A stretch of DNA of 64,000 bases, taken from positions 385-64,384 of the forward strand of contig JBBRAK010000005.1 in assembly GCA_038206875.1 (NCBI GenBank), given 5' to 3'. The position numbers were made by a program, and so were the translations under genes. Below, in pieces: positions 8,734-18,883 of this stretch (positions within the stretch are counted from its first letter, which is position 1; each line of letters starts with the position of its first letter). The notes beneath the pieces are model-generated. The model saw only the letters and a program-made list of their open reading frames with translations. It was not told the origin of the DNA and did no database searches. Source of the stretch: Candidatus Saccharimonadales bacterium (GTDB lineage: Bacteria; Patescibacteriota; Saccharimonadia; Saccharimonadales; JBBQAJ01).

Positions 8734-10548
8734 ATGCGAATTTCAGACTCTCTTGTTGAGAAACTTTTGACTGGTACTGGCAAAGTAACTACAGAACAGT
8801 TAAAGGGTTTACGTGAAGAAAAAACAGACGAGAAAAAACCCCTGCAAGATTTGGTAGTAAAGGGTAATTTATCTACGGAGAAAGAATTGACTAAGTTGTA
8901 CGCTGCGGAGATTGATTTACCTTATATTGAGCTTAATCCTAAAGAAATTAAACTTGAAATACTACGTCTTATACCTGAAAGAATTGCGCGCCAATATAAT
9001 GCGGTACTTTTTGGTGTAGAGGAAGATGGTAGTAAGTTGCTTGCCATGGCAGACCCGGATGACATACAAGCTATAAGCTTTTTGCAAAAACAGTTGGGTG
9101 ACAAAATCAAAGTTTCTGTAGCAACAAACACCAACATACAAAATGCACTAGACCAGTATAAAGGAACTATCGGCAATGAGCTTACAAAAGTTATTTCACC
9201 CGAAGATGCTGCCGACGAGGAAGCTGACGAGGATATAGACGAAGCAGAGCTTGCAGAAGATTCACCAATTGCCCAAACTGTGAATCTGGTAATTGAATAT
9301 GCTATTCGCTCTGGCGCTAGTGATATACATATTGAGCCCCGCGAAAACTACATTAGTGTCCGATACCGGGTAGACGGAATCTTACGTGAAGCCAACAAAC
9401 TACCCAAAAAGGTACATGGTGCATTCGTTTCTAGAATTAAAATTCTTTCAAATTTAAAGATTGATGAACGTCGTGCTCCACAAGATGGGCGATTCAAAAT
9501 CCAACTTGGAGGTGAAACGTATGCATTACGTGTCTCTACACTTCCAATTTCCGAAGGCGAAAAAGTAGTTATGCGTATATTGAACGAATCGTCTTCGGCA
9601 GCAACTTTGGAGGAGTTAGGTTTTTGGGGAATAAGTCTGGAGAGCATTAACAAAGCCATAACTCAACCTCATGGCATGATTTTAGTTACTGGACCGACAG
9701 GTTCTGGAAAATCAACCAGTCTATTCAGCACGCTAAGCTTACTAAATAAACCAAGTATCAACATTTCCACTGTTGAAGATCCAGTAGAGTACCGTATTCC
9801 TGGCGCCAATCAAGTTCAGCTAAACCCTAAGGCGGGTATGACTTTTGCAACTGGACTAAGGGCACTCATGCGACAAGACCCAAATGTCATCATGGTTGGT
9901 GAGATTCGAGATAGCGAAACTGCTGATATCGCGGTTCAGGCAGCGCTGACTGGACACCTAGTTTTTGCCACACTTCATACAAACAACGCCGCAACCTGCC
10001 TTCCTCGACTACTTGACATGGGAATTGAACCATTTTTGATTGCCAGCACCATAAGAGCGATTGTGGGTCAACGTTTGGTCCGCAGGCTATGTGTTGACTG
10101 CCGAGAGATGATAACTCCAGACGCACCTATACTAAAACAAATTGATGAAATTTTTGACACAGCAACTCCGTCTGTTATGAAAAATGTTCACAGCCTAGAA
10201 AAGCAGGCGATGGCAGGGGGCATTGGAAAAGCAAATACTGGCAAAAGCCAAGCAGACTCTTCAGTGCTTTCCACGTCAGATTCTAAAATTACAAGACTTT
10301 TCAAGTCGCACGAAGATGGATGTTCCACTTGCGGTCACACAGGCTACAAAGGGCGAATTGGTATATATGAAGTTTTGAATAACTCGCAAGCAGTTCAAAA
10401 ACTAATAGTAATGAATAGCACCAGTGATGACATTCAGGAACAGGCCGTTAAAGACGGCATGATTACTATGCAAGTTGACGGATTAGTAAAAGCACTTCGG
10501 GGTCAAACGACAATCGAAGAAATATTACGTGTGACGAGCGAGAAATAG
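8734..10548 (+). CDS. pilB: Type IV pilus assembly ATPase PilB (GspE family)
   Basis: It has an N-terminal GSPII-type domain, Walker A GPTGSGKST, Asp/His boxes, and a tetracysteine CVDC...CSTCGHTGYKGRIG. Confidence 0.9.
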   Translation: MRISDSLVEKLLTGTGKVTTEQLKGLREEKTDEKKPLQDLVVKGNLSTEKELTKLYAAEIDLPYIELNPKEIKLEILRLIPERIARQYNAVLFGVEEDGSKLLAMADPDDIQAISFLQKQLGDKIKVSVATNTNIQNALDQYKGTIGNELTKVISPEDAADEEADEDIDEAELAEDSPIAQTVNLVIEYAIRSGASDIHIEPRENYISVRYRVDGILREANKLPKKVHGAFVSRIKILSNLKIDERRAPQDGRFKIQLGGETYALRVSTLPISEGEKVVMRILNESSSAATLEELGFWGISLESINKAITQPHGMILVTGPTGSGKSTSLFSTLSLLNKPSINISTVEDPVEYRIPGANQVQLNPKAGMTFATGLRALMRQDPNVIMVGEIRDSETADIAVQAALTGHLVFATLHTNNAATCLPRLLDMGIEPFLIASTIRAIVGQRLVRRLCVDCREMITPDAPILKQIDEIFDTATPSVMKNVHSLEKQAMAGGIGKANTGKSQADSSVLSTSDSKITRLFKSHEDGCSTCGHTGYKGRIGIYEVLNNSQAVQKLIVMNSTSDDIQEQAVKDGMITMQVDGLVKALRGQTTIEEILRVTSEK

Positions 10549-10549
10549 T

Positions 10550-11761
10550 ATGAAGTTTATTTATACAGCCACCAACAGCGAAGGCAAAACTATCGAGGGT
10601 TCGGCAGACGCCACCGATCGAACGAGCTTGATAGCTTCTTTGAACAAGCAAGATTTACGCCCTGTATTAGTAAAGCTCGCTGGTGCAAAATCAAACAAAA
10701 AAAGCCGAGCCAAAAAAGTAAGACTCAAAGAACTAGTAATATTTACACGACAGCTGTCCACTATGGTTTCAGCCGGAGTTCCAATAACTCGCGCACTGTC
10801 AACCATGCAGTCACAAACAGAGAGTAAAAATTTCAAGGAAGTCGTAAGTGGCATTATAAAAGACGTCGAGGGTGGAATGAGTATGGGTGATTCGCTGGCA
10901 AAATATCCTGGAGTATTTTCTGATATCTATATAAACATGGTTAAAGCCGGTGAAACTGGTGGAATATTGGACGAGATTTTGAAAAGACTGGCATCTCAGA
11001 TGGAACAGGACTCTAGTATGCGCAAAAAAATCAAGAGTGCCATGATGTACCCAATTGTAATTTTTAGCATTACTATTGTAGCGTTTTTTGGGATTATGAT
11101 ATTTGTCATACCTAAAATAGGTGCGATATTGCTCGATTTAGGCGGCCCAGATGCCAAGCTTCCCGTATATACCCAAGTTTTGTTGGACATGAGTAAATTT
11201 TTACAAGGTAACTTTGTTTTCGTTGCTGCAATCGGTTTTGGAATAGTTTATGTGATACGGAGATACATAAAGACACCGAATGGAAAATATAAATTTCATG
11301 CACTGTTGTTGCGAATCCCGGTAGTAAAAGGATTGATAGTCAAAATAGCCATTGCCAGGTTTGCTCGAACTTTTGCTGCTCTTATGTCGGCCGGTGTGAG
11401 TGTGTTGGACGCGCTAGAAGTCACTGGTGGTGCGATTGGCAACAAAGTCATTGAAGCAGAACTAAAAGAAGCTGCCAAAGACGTTAAAAACGGCAAACAA
11501 TTAAGTGAGCCTTTGAGTCAAAGCAAACACTTTCCGGCAATTGTCAGTCAAATGCTAGCAGTCGGTGAAGAAACTGGTCAAATTGATACTATCTTGGTCA
11601 ATGTTGCTGATTCTTACGAAGAAGAAGTCGAAACCATGATTGACGGCCTAAGCGCACTAATAGAACCGCTAATGATAGTTGTGCTTGGAAGTATTGTAGG
11701 AGTAATTGCTGCTAGCGTGATGGGGCCAATAGCCAGTCTAAGTAAAAACATCGGCAACTAA
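10550..11761 (+). CDS. pilC: Type IV pilus platform protein PilC (GspF family)
   Basis: It has two T2SSF repeats (FTRQLSTMVSAGVPI / FARTFAALMSAGVSV) and three TM segments. Confidence 0.9.
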   Translation: MKFIYTATNSEGKTIEGSADATDRTSLIASLNKQDLRPVLVKLAGAKSNKKSRAKKVRLKELVIFTRQLSTMVSAGVPITRALSTMQSQTESKNFKEVVSGIIKDVEGGMSMGDSLAKYPGVFSDIYINMVKAGETGGILDEILKRLASQMEQDSSMRKKIKSAMMYPIVIFSITIVAFFGIMIFVIPKIGAILLDLGGPDAKLPVYTQVLLDMSKFLQGNFVFVAAIGFGIVYVIRRYIKTPNGKYKFHALLLRIPVVKGLIVKIAIARFARTFAALMSAGVSVLDALEVTGGAIGNKVIEAELKEAAKDVKNGKQLSEPLSQSKHFPAIVSQMLAVGEETGQIDTILVNVADSYEEEVETMIDGLSALIEPLMIVVLGSIVGVIAASVMGPIASLSKNIGN

Positions 11762-11771
11762 ATTACTGTAC

Positions 11772-11780
11772 TGATATAAT
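11772..11780 (+). promoter_or_regulatory. Extended -10 element TGATATAAT between pilC and the pilin-like genes
   Basis: It matches TGnTATAAT and lies 11 nt before the ATG at 11792. Confidence 0.35.
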
Positions 11781-11791
11781 TAAACATAAGC

Positions 11792-13363
11792 ATGAATGTC
11801 CAGGCATCAAGGGAAGCAGGATTTACGATTGCAGAGCTTGTTATAGGTCTGACTGTTATGGCTATAGTAATTTTGAGCGTTTTTGGGCTATTCATAAGCT
11901 TAGTCCACAGTACTGTTATTGCAAAAAAGAAGGCAGCGGCCACGACCCTAGCAACAAATCAAATGGAATATTTAAAATCATTGCCTTACGATAGTCTGGC
12001 GGTTGTTGGGGGTAGTATTTATATTCCAAGCCCCCTTCCGGCAACTTCATCAACTAAAGTAAATGGGATTAGTTATACCACAACAACTAGTATAAATTTT
12101 GTCGACGAAGCATTTGATGGTTGTGCGGACTATCCAAACCTGCAACTGAAAATGCAATACTGTAGAAACTATCCTGCGCCACCAGGAGCCCCCAATCCAG
12201 ATACCAATCCTCAGGACTATAAAATAATTCATGTCTCTGTTGCAGATGTTTCTGGACGTAAACTGGCAGAAGTCGACTCTACCGTTTCGGCAAGAGTTGC
12301 AGAAACCAATAGCACAACTGGAGCACTTTTTGTAAGTGTCATAGATAACAACGGCAACCCGGTTCAGGGAGCAACAGTTAATATTTCAAACCCGACACTT
12401 GTGCCAGTAGTGGCGCTGTCAGACTCAACTGATTCAAATGGGATTTCCATTTTTTATGGCCTCAACCCCGACACTACAGGAAATGATTATCTTATAACTG
12501 CCTCCAAACCTGGCTACTCAACACTATCGACCTTAAAGCCTGCTGGGTCCTTACAGCCTAACTATGCGAGTCAAAATATCTTCACTCAACTTTCTTCATA
12601 TGTCACACTCACAATCAAACTACAAGGAAACCCTAGCTTACTAATTGAGACCACCGATGTTAACGGTTCTCCTTTGGCAAACGTAAAAGCATACGTCAAG
12701 GGCGGATACAAAAAATATAGCGACAGCACGGACACGCAGTATTATTTCGACAATTTATCACCCAGTGACAACAGACCCGTAACTGACAGCAGTGGGCTGG
12801 CGACTATAAATAATTTGGTCCCTGGCGATTACATATTTTGTGGTGACGAAGGAGCTACAAGTTGTAGTGTTGGAGGCACAACATACTATTTGGTAGCGGC
12901 GGTTCCGTCTGTGGGCTCAAACTCCCTCAACCCCATAAATGTTCCAATTTTTGATTCATCATCTCCCCCTGCAACGACGTTTCCTTATGGTGGTCAAAAT
13001 TATTTGCAAAAAGTACGCCTGATGCTTTCAACATTTTCAAATTTTCCAAGAGTATTTAACATCTCTCCCTATGAAGTAAGTTTAAGTGGGGGGTCGATAA
13101 ACAATTTTTCATTTAGTTTAGCAGGTCAAAACCTACCATGTGACGCTAGTCCAGCAAGCTGTTCCACGACTGTGCGTGTTACTAAAGATACAAATGTATA
13201 TTCGGCCAGTTGCACTGGCGATTCAGCTGGAACGACAGTAAACTGCACGATAGATTTAACAGGAATATCTGTGGGTGTGGGAAGTATTTCTGTAATTGCA
13301 AACGGTCACACACTATCCCTTCCAACAAGTCCATTTTTGGGAGGCATAAATGTCACCCCGTAG
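11792..13363 (+). CDS. Large pilin-like protein (523 aa) with a class III (prepilin) signal
   Basis: The N-terminus is MNVQASREAG|FTIAELVIGLTVMAIVILSVF (G/F cleavage, Glu+5). The body has CarboxypepD_reg-like beta-sandwich stretches (NGNPVQGATVNISN...ITASKPGYST). Confidence 0.75.
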   Translation: MNVQASREAGFTIAELVIGLTVMAIVILSVFGLFISLVHSTVIAKKKAAATTLATNQMEYLKSLPYDSLAVVGGSIYIPSPLPATSSTKVNGISYTTTTSINFVDEAFDGCADYPNLQLKMQYCRNYPAPPGAPNPDTNPQDYKIIHVSVADVSGRKLAEVDSTVSARVAETNSTTGALFVSVIDNNGNPVQGATVNISNPTLVPVVALSDSTDSNGISIFYGLNPDTTGNDYLITASKPGYSTLSTLKPAGSLQPNYASQNIFTQLSSYVTLTIKLQGNPSLLIETTDVNGSPLANVKAYVKGGYKKYSDSTDTQYYFDNLSPSDNRPVTDSSGLATINNLVPGDYIFCGDEGATSCSVGGTTYYLVAAVPSVGSNSLNPINVPIFDSSSPPATTFPYGGQNYLQKVRLMLSTFSNFPRVFNISPYEVSLSGGSINNFSFSLAGQNLPCDASPASCSTTVRVTKDTNVYSASCTGDSAGTTVNCTIDLTGISVGVGSISVIANGHTLSLPTSPFLGGINVTP

Positions 13364-13955
13364 AATTGAAAATAATCAAAATGGATTTACTCTTGTTGAG
13401 ATATCGATAGTTATAGTGTTAATTGGCATAATCACAACTACTTTATGGACCGCAATAAATACTTCTTTTGCGCAATACTTGTATTTACAGGAGTCTAGCT
13501 CGTCGTTCGGGGAGCTCGCCTCAAATTCACAAAGAATTGCTGGCGTGGTTAGAGGACTAACGGATGTAAATTCTGCCTCTGCACACGATTTAGATATTTA
13601 TGCATACTTCTATCCCAATGATACATATGTATCGAAAGTTCACTACTACCTAAGCCCAGGAAATGATGTTTTGTATGCAGACATTACACCCATGACAGAA
13701 AATCCACCAACTGGTGTGCCAGTTACTTCTGAAATAAAAACCTATACGGTTATCTCAAAATATAATTTTCAGGCAAGTGTAAATTTGTTTGATTATCAAG
13801 ATGGTTCGGGCAACTCGTTAGGGCTGCCGATTACTGACCTAGACACCATAAAGAACATCAAGATCAATCTATCCACGGCACCTACATCCGGAAGCCCGGC
13901 AATTCAAAATCTGTCTACGGTCGTTAATTTGAGAAACCGAAAGACAAATCTATGA
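13350..13955 (+). CDS. Minor pilin-like protein with a class III signal
   Basis: The N-terminus is NQNG|FTLVEISIVIVLIGIITT. It overlaps the upstream gene by 14 nt. Confidence 0.75.
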   Translation: MSPRRIENNQNGFTLVEISIVIVLIGIITTTLWTAINTSFAQYLYLQESSSSFGELASNSQRIAGVVRGLTDVNSASAHDLDIYAYFYPNDTYVSKVHYYLSPGNDVLYADITPMTENPPTGVPVTSEIKTYTVISKYNFQASVNLFDYQDGSGNSLGLPITDLDTIKNIKINLSTAPTSGSPAIQNLSTVVNLRNRKTNL

Positions 13956-15544
13956 TTAACCTACGTCGAAGCTTCATTGACGAGAATGGTGCTATTTTGC
14001 CGATAGTTTTGGCTTTTATTCTTGCATCAACCATTTTGACTGGTGCTGTTCTGACCGTAATTCAGACCAATTTTTTTACAGTTAATTTAAATACCCAGAG
14101 GCAACAGGCACTAAATATCGCAGAGGCGGGAGTAAATTATTACCTGTGGCACATGTCGCATGATGCAAACGATTTCAAAGACGGTCAAAGTACGCCAGCT
14201 ACTCCAGACCCTGACTTGGGCTATGGTCCCTACGTGCACAATTACGTCGACGACAACAGTAAAACAACCGGTACATATACTCTATGGATAAAACCCCAGA
14301 GTGCTGGCTCTACAATTATGACAGTACGTTCCATTGGGAAAGTTAAAAATACAAATGTAATTCGTACAGTTGATGCCCAAATTGGAGCAACGTCTTTTGC
14401 GAGCTACGCGTTAGCTTCAGATTCGGCCCTTTGGTTTGGCAATACCGAAGTCGCAAATGGCCCTGTACATTCCAACGTAGGTGTTAGAATGGATGGAGCT
14501 AGTTTCGGAGACGTAACAAGCGCCAACGCAACTTACGTTCCGCCCGGATCACTTGGTGGTGACGGCGCGAGTCATCCAGGCGTTTGGTGCAAAAGTTCAG
14601 TCACAACACCCGTAAACTGTAATTCTAGATCTAAAGCGGACTGGCATTACCCAGTGCCTTTGCTGGACTTCAATCAAATTTCTTCAAGTTTGTGCACTAT
14701 CAAAAAAGTTGCATTCTCTAGTGATGCCACTACTTCAGCATTGTCACAGCTTAGCAACGCTTGCTCCCAAACACCCACCACTAGAACCCCGTCATACTTG
14801 CCACAGAGGAGTGCCAGTGGAAGTTTCAGTAGTACCCAAGGGTATCTTATAGAGCTCAACACCAATGGAACTTATAATCTTTATAACGTAAACTCGGAAA
14901 ACGATACTAAGGCTACATATGTAAGCGCTCTGGGCAAAAGCTTAGTATCTAGCAATGTTGTTATTCCAAGCACCGGTGTAATTTTTGCAGAAGACAACGT
15001 CTGGATACGAAGCAACCCGACATACAAAGGTCGCGTTACTATTGGTTCTGGCAGACTTGCACAAACCAACAGCACTGACATAGTTATCGCCGATGATCTA
15101 GTGTATACCACGAAAAATGGTGATGATGCTATTGGCTTAGTTACCGAAAATTCAGTAATAATTGCACCCTATGCACCACCAGCGTCAGGTGCGTTTACTT
15201 TCGAAGTTGATGCATCTATGATTGCACAATCTGGTAGCGTTACTTATCCACTACATTATAGATCCACGCCAAGCAAATACACACACGGATGGATAAACTC
15301 AAATCAAAAATTCATTTTTTATGGCTCTATATCCACCAGACAAACTTGGACTTGGACATGGCTAATTGGGTGTGGGTCTTGTGCGGACGCAGTTTATAGC
15401 GCCAGTAATAGTGCTTATATATCTGGAATTTTAAATAACAGCACTGATTATGACTATAATTTACTGTACGCACCTCCACCCAACTACCCAATTACGGGTG
15501 GGTATAATATTTTGTCTTGGCGCGAAGTCCTGACAACTCCATAG
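13952..15544 (+). CDS. Large pilus-associated protein (530 aa), PilX-like N-terminus
   Basis: It has an N-terminal hydrophobic helix (GAILPIVLAFILASTILTGAVLTVI) without the G/F-x-x-x-E signature. It joins the upstream gene by an ATGA overlap and sits inside the pilus operon. Confidence 0.5.
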   Translation: MINLRRSFIDENGAILPIVLAFILASTILTGAVLTVIQTNFFTVNLNTQRQQALNIAEAGVNYYLWHMSHDANDFKDGQSTPATPDPDLGYGPYVHNYVDDNSKTTGTYTLWIKPQSAGSTIMTVRSIGKVKNTNVIRTVDAQIGATSFASYALASDSALWFGNTEVANGPVHSNVGVRMDGASFGDVTSANATYVPPGSLGGDGASHPGVWCKSSVTTPVNCNSRSKADWHYPVPLLDFNQISSSLCTIKKVAFSSDATTSALSQLSNACSQTPTTRTPSYLPQRSASGSFSSTQGYLIELNTNGTYNLYNVNSENDTKATYVSALGKSLVSSNVVIPSTGVIFAEDNVWIRSNPTYKGRVTIGSGRLAQTNSTDIVIADDLVYTTKNGDDAIGLVTENSVIIAPYAPPASGAFTFEVDASMIAQSGSVTYPLHYRSTPSKYTHGWINSNQKFIFYGSISTRQTWTWTWLIGCGSCADAVYSASNSAYISGILNNSTDYDYNLLYAPPPNYPITGGYNILSWREVLTTP

Positions 15545-15630
15545 TCAGTTTACCGAAATTCATTATCACCTTTAACTGTGGTATAGTTTAGTAAAGAATT
15601 TATGCTTAATGATGGGCAGCATATCGACGT

Positions 15631-16692
15631 ATGAATAACTCAGTTTTTTATCAAGACAAACCGGTTTTCGGATTCGATATTGGTTATTCGAGTCTAAAAG
15701 TGATGCAAACATATCGGCAAAACAACAAGCAGTTCGTTTCGGGGTATGGAGTAGCCTCTTTTGATCCGAAAGCGATCAAAGACGGAATTATAGTAGATCC
15801 AGAAGCAATCGCAAAAGTGGCATTGGAGTTATTTGAAAATAATTTAGTTGGAGATATAACTACCAGACGTGTCGCTGTAGCAGTACCGGCAGCGCGTACA
15901 TTTACCAGGACAGTCACACTGCCCTTTCTTGACACAAAGGATCTGGCCGAAGCGATTCGATTAGAAACCGAGCAATACGTTCCAGTACCAATAGAAAAGC
16001 TATATGTTGACCATTCTATCATTAATAAATCTGAGAAAAATTTGGAAATACTAGTAGTAGCTGTGCCTAAAGATATTGTTGATTCATATATAGACCTAAC
16101 AAAATTAATGGGACTGGAAATTGTGACAATTGAATCAACGATAAGCTCGGCAAGTCGGTTATTTGTTCAGGCAGAACCGAGTGACGTCCCGTCTGTACTC
16201 ATAGATTTTGGGTCGCTTGCATCGGACATAACCATATACGATAAATCCCTGGTAGTAACCGGCACTGTGCCGGGGGGTGGAGATAGTTTTACAACTGCAA
16301 TAACTGCAAAGCTTGGTATCACGCGCGCAGAAGCACACATAGTTAAGTCAAAATATGGGCTAGGTCTCAGCAAGAGACAAAAAGAAATTACCGAATGTTT
16401 AACACCAATTTTGGACCAAATGTTGAAAGAAATACGCCGTATGATTCGTTACTACGAAGAACGTTCTGATACCCAACGCAAAATTGGCCAAGTAGTGACT
16501 ATGGGGGGTGGAGCAAATGTGCCCGGACTTTCCGAACATATGACAAATTTGCTACGGCTACCAGTTCGCATGTGTGACCCATGGCAACATTTAAATTTTC
16601 GTGGGCTTCAAGTGCCAAACACAACAGAAAAATCCATATATGTAACGGTTGCTGGCCTGTCCTTGATTAGGTCTGAGGAGGTTTTTGCTTGA
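15631..16692 (+). CDS. pilM: Type IV pilus assembly protein PilM (actin-like ATPase)
   Basis: It has the FGFDIGYSSLKVM phosphate-1 motif and an FtsA/PilM-like fold pattern. Its position before pilN fits. Confidence 0.85.
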   Translation: MNNSVFYQDKPVFGFDIGYSSLKVMQTYRQNNKQFVSGYGVASFDPKAIKDGIIVDPEAIAKVALELFENNLVGDITTRRVAVAVPAARTFTRTVTLPFLDTKDLAEAIRLETEQYVPVPIEKLYVDHSIINKSEKNLEILVVAVPKDIVDSYIDLTKLMGLEIVTIESTISSASRLFVQAEPSDVPSVLIDFGSLASDITIYDKSLVVTGTVPGGGDSFTTAITAKLGITRAEAHIVKSKYGLGLSKRQKEITECLTPILDQMLKEIRRMIRYYEERSDTQRKIGQVVTMGGGANVPGLSEHMTNLLRLPVRMCDPWQHLNFRGLQVPNTTEKSIYVTVAGLSLIRSEEVFA

Positions 16693-17294
16693 TGCTCAAT
16701 CTACTCCCAACTGATGCAAAAGATAACATTGTCTACGCCAGACGAAATACTCGATTGCGACGGTGGACAATAGCCTTGTTTTTTTCCATTGTTGGAATTT
16801 TTGGAATTGTTGGACTCAGTTATTTATACTTGCAACAATCTATCAACACATATGCTTCGGAGGTACAAAAAGGAACTGATAATTTGAAGTCCCAAAAATT
16901 AGATGAAACCCAAAAACAAGTTCAAGACTTAACAAATAGCTTGAAACTTGTCGATCAAGTTTTGCAACGTGAGGTTTTGTTTTCAAAACTTCTTCTACAA
17001 ATAGGATCGGCTTTACCAAACGGTTCAGTGCTGACAAATCTAAGCATCAACAAAGTCGAGGGTGGGCTAGACCTACAAGCGGCAGCAACAGACTTTCAAA
17101 CGGCCACGCAAGTACAGATTAATCTGAAAGATCCACAAAATAAGATATTCGAAAAAGCTGACTTAATCAATACTCAGTGCGCAACCTTAACGTCTCCAAC
17201 AGCTAACACCTCTTATCCTTGTACGGTGCAACTTCGTACATTATTTGCAAAAAACAATTCGTTTTCAGTGCTGGGCGGAGTAAAATCGCGATGA
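16692..17294 (+). CDS. pilN: PilN-like fimbrial assembly protein
   Basis: It has the LNLLP N-terminus, a single TM and a coiled coil. It shares a TGATG overlap with the pilM stop. The ORF-track start at 16689 is a TTG; the ATG at 16692 is preferred. Confidence 0.65.
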   Translation: MLNLLPTDAKDNIVYARRNTRLRRWTIALFFSIVGIFGIVGLSYLYLQQSINTYASEVQKGTDNLKSQKLDETQKQVQDLTNSLKLVDQVLQREVLFSKLLLQIGSALPNGSVLTNLSINKVEGGLDLQAAATDFQTATQVQINLKDPQNKIFEKADLINTQCATLTSPTANTSYPCTVQLRTLFAKNNSFSVLGGVKSR

Positions 17295-17938
17295 CAAGTA
17301 AAAAAATATATTTTGCAATGTTGGGCGTGCTGGGTGTAATGAGTATTTTGGTAATATCCAGCGTATTCCTGGGTAATGGTTTGCTTGAAAAGCAGTCTAA
17401 AAAACTTGTTGGGCTTAAACTAGATAGTCAGGTTATAGAGTCTCAAGAAATTGCGCTAGCGCAAGCAAAAAAAGATATCGTTAAGTACAGTGAGTTGGAA
17501 ACAGTTGCCAAGCAGGTCGTTCCTCAAGACAAGGACCAGGCCAAAGCCACTAGAGAAATCGTGAACCTAGCCCAACTTTCGGGTGTAAAAATTTCTAGTA
17601 TTGGCTTTCCAACCTCAAGCCTAGGTCAACCTGCAGCAAAAACTACAGCCAAGAAAAGTGAAGATGATACTTCAAAAACCCCAGCACCAACAACGCCAGC
17701 CACTACCGAAACTCAAGTTAAGCCTGTTACAGGGATAAATGGACTCTTCCAAATGGATATTAACGTAACTTCCGATTCTACAAGCCCCGTGAGCTATGGA
17801 AAGTTGATTGATTTTCTAAGCAGACTAGAGAAAAATCGAAGGACTTCGCAGGTGACACAGATATCAATACAACCCGACGCAGCTAATCGATCCGTTTTGA
17901 ATTTTTCATTAACCATAACCTTATATATAAAACCATGA
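17291..17938 (+). CDS. pilO: PilO-like pilus assembly protein
   Basis: An in-frame ATG at 17291 overlaps the pilN stop (ATGA). It has a single TM (IYFAMLGVLGVMSILVISSVF), a coiled coil and a Pro/Thr-rich linker. Confidence 0.5.
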   Translation: MTSKKIYFAMLGVLGVMSILVISSVFLGNGLLEKQSKKLVGLKLDSQVIESQEIALAQAKKDIVKYSELETVAKQVVPQDKDQAKATREIVNLAQLSGVKISSIGFPTSSLGQPAAKTTAKKSEDDTSKTPAPTTPATTETQVKPVTGINGLFQMDINVTSDSTSPVSYGKLIDFLSRLEKNRRTSQVTQISIQPDAANRSVLNFSLTITLYIKP

Positions 17939-18234
17939 AATTTGATACAAAAAACATTTCCTCCAAACTACAAAGTTACTTGTCGATGCTTAAGAAATAC
18001 GTAGTTTTTGTTTTTGCAATAACTATACTTTTAATTTTTAGTTTCTTTGTAGTTAGGATAAATCAAATTAGTCGGTCTGAACCAACTGAGCAGCAGATTG
18101 AAGAAAAACTTCAGACAGTTCAACGACCCAGAATCGATCAAGCTGTGCTAGACAAAATCGAGGAACTGCAGGGTCAAAATATTGAAGTCAAATCCCTTTT
18201 TGACCAAGCCAGAAACAACCCTTTTAGCGAATAA
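17935..18234 (+). CDS. Small single-TM protein, last gene of the pilus operon
   Basis: It joins the upstream gene by an ATGA overlap and has the TM segment VVFVFAITILLIFSFFVV. Confidence 0.5.
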   Translation: MKFDTKNISSKLQSYLSMLKKYVVFVFAITILLIFSFFVVRINQISRSEPTEQQIEEKLQTVQRPRIDQAVLDKIEELQGQNIEVKSLFDQARNNPFSE

Positions 18235-18238
18235 TGAA

Positions 18239-18874
18239 TCAGACTTGAGTTCTGGGCACATTCAAAATTTCGTTTGCTCTTTTAGCAATTTGTGGCTCGT
18301 TTTCTATGTATAATTCACGTGCGTGCAAAATAATTCTTGCATATTTGTTTGGACTCGGACAATAAATAAAATAAAAATTTGATCTTTCGCCTGCTGTTTC
18401 GACCTTTAGCACACCAAAGCCAAATAATTCTGCTAGCAATCCATTTTGTTCGGCTGTAACATCTTCTATATTTGCCATCGAAAGCTCTGACGTTTGGCGA
18501 CGAAAAAGACCAGTTTGGGAAATCTGACTAATACTATCATCTGTTACGATCCAGCGATTACTTCGATAAATCGAATTTGCGAGTACTAGAAATACTGCAA
18601 CCAAGGCAGCCAGCACCACGCCAGCTAATAATAAAAACCGAAGGGCTTGATCTTTGGAGTCTCCTGATAATAGTGTTGGTATAAGCAAATACAACATCAC
18701 AAACGCTACACCCATCCCAAATATCGCCTCAAAGAACAAAACAATAATGCCAAACGGATGTCTTTTTATGATTACTCTTTCCGTGTTTCCTTCCGGTACG
18801 CTACGATCAATAATTTCTTCGTTCGAATTTGGTTTTGTTGATACATCGGGGATAGGTTCAGTGTCAATATTCAT
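18239..18874 (-). CDS. Membrane protein with a bacterial PH (bPH_2/YdbT-like) domain
   Basis: It has two TM helices followed by FGVLKVETAGERSNFYFIYCPSPNKYARIIL, which is typical of bPH_2. Confidence 0.6.
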   Translation of the reverse strand: MNIDTEPIPDVSTKPNSNEEIIDRSVPEGNTERVIIKRHPFGIIVLFFEAIFGMGVAFVMLYLLIPTLLSGDSKDQALRFLLLAGVVLAALVAVFLVLANSIYRSNRWIVTDDSISQISQTGLFRRQTSELSMANIEDVTAEQNGLLAELFGFGVLKVETAGERSNFYFIYCPSPNKYARIILHARELYIENEPQIAKRANEILNVPRTQV

Positions 18875-18883
18875 TTGATATAA

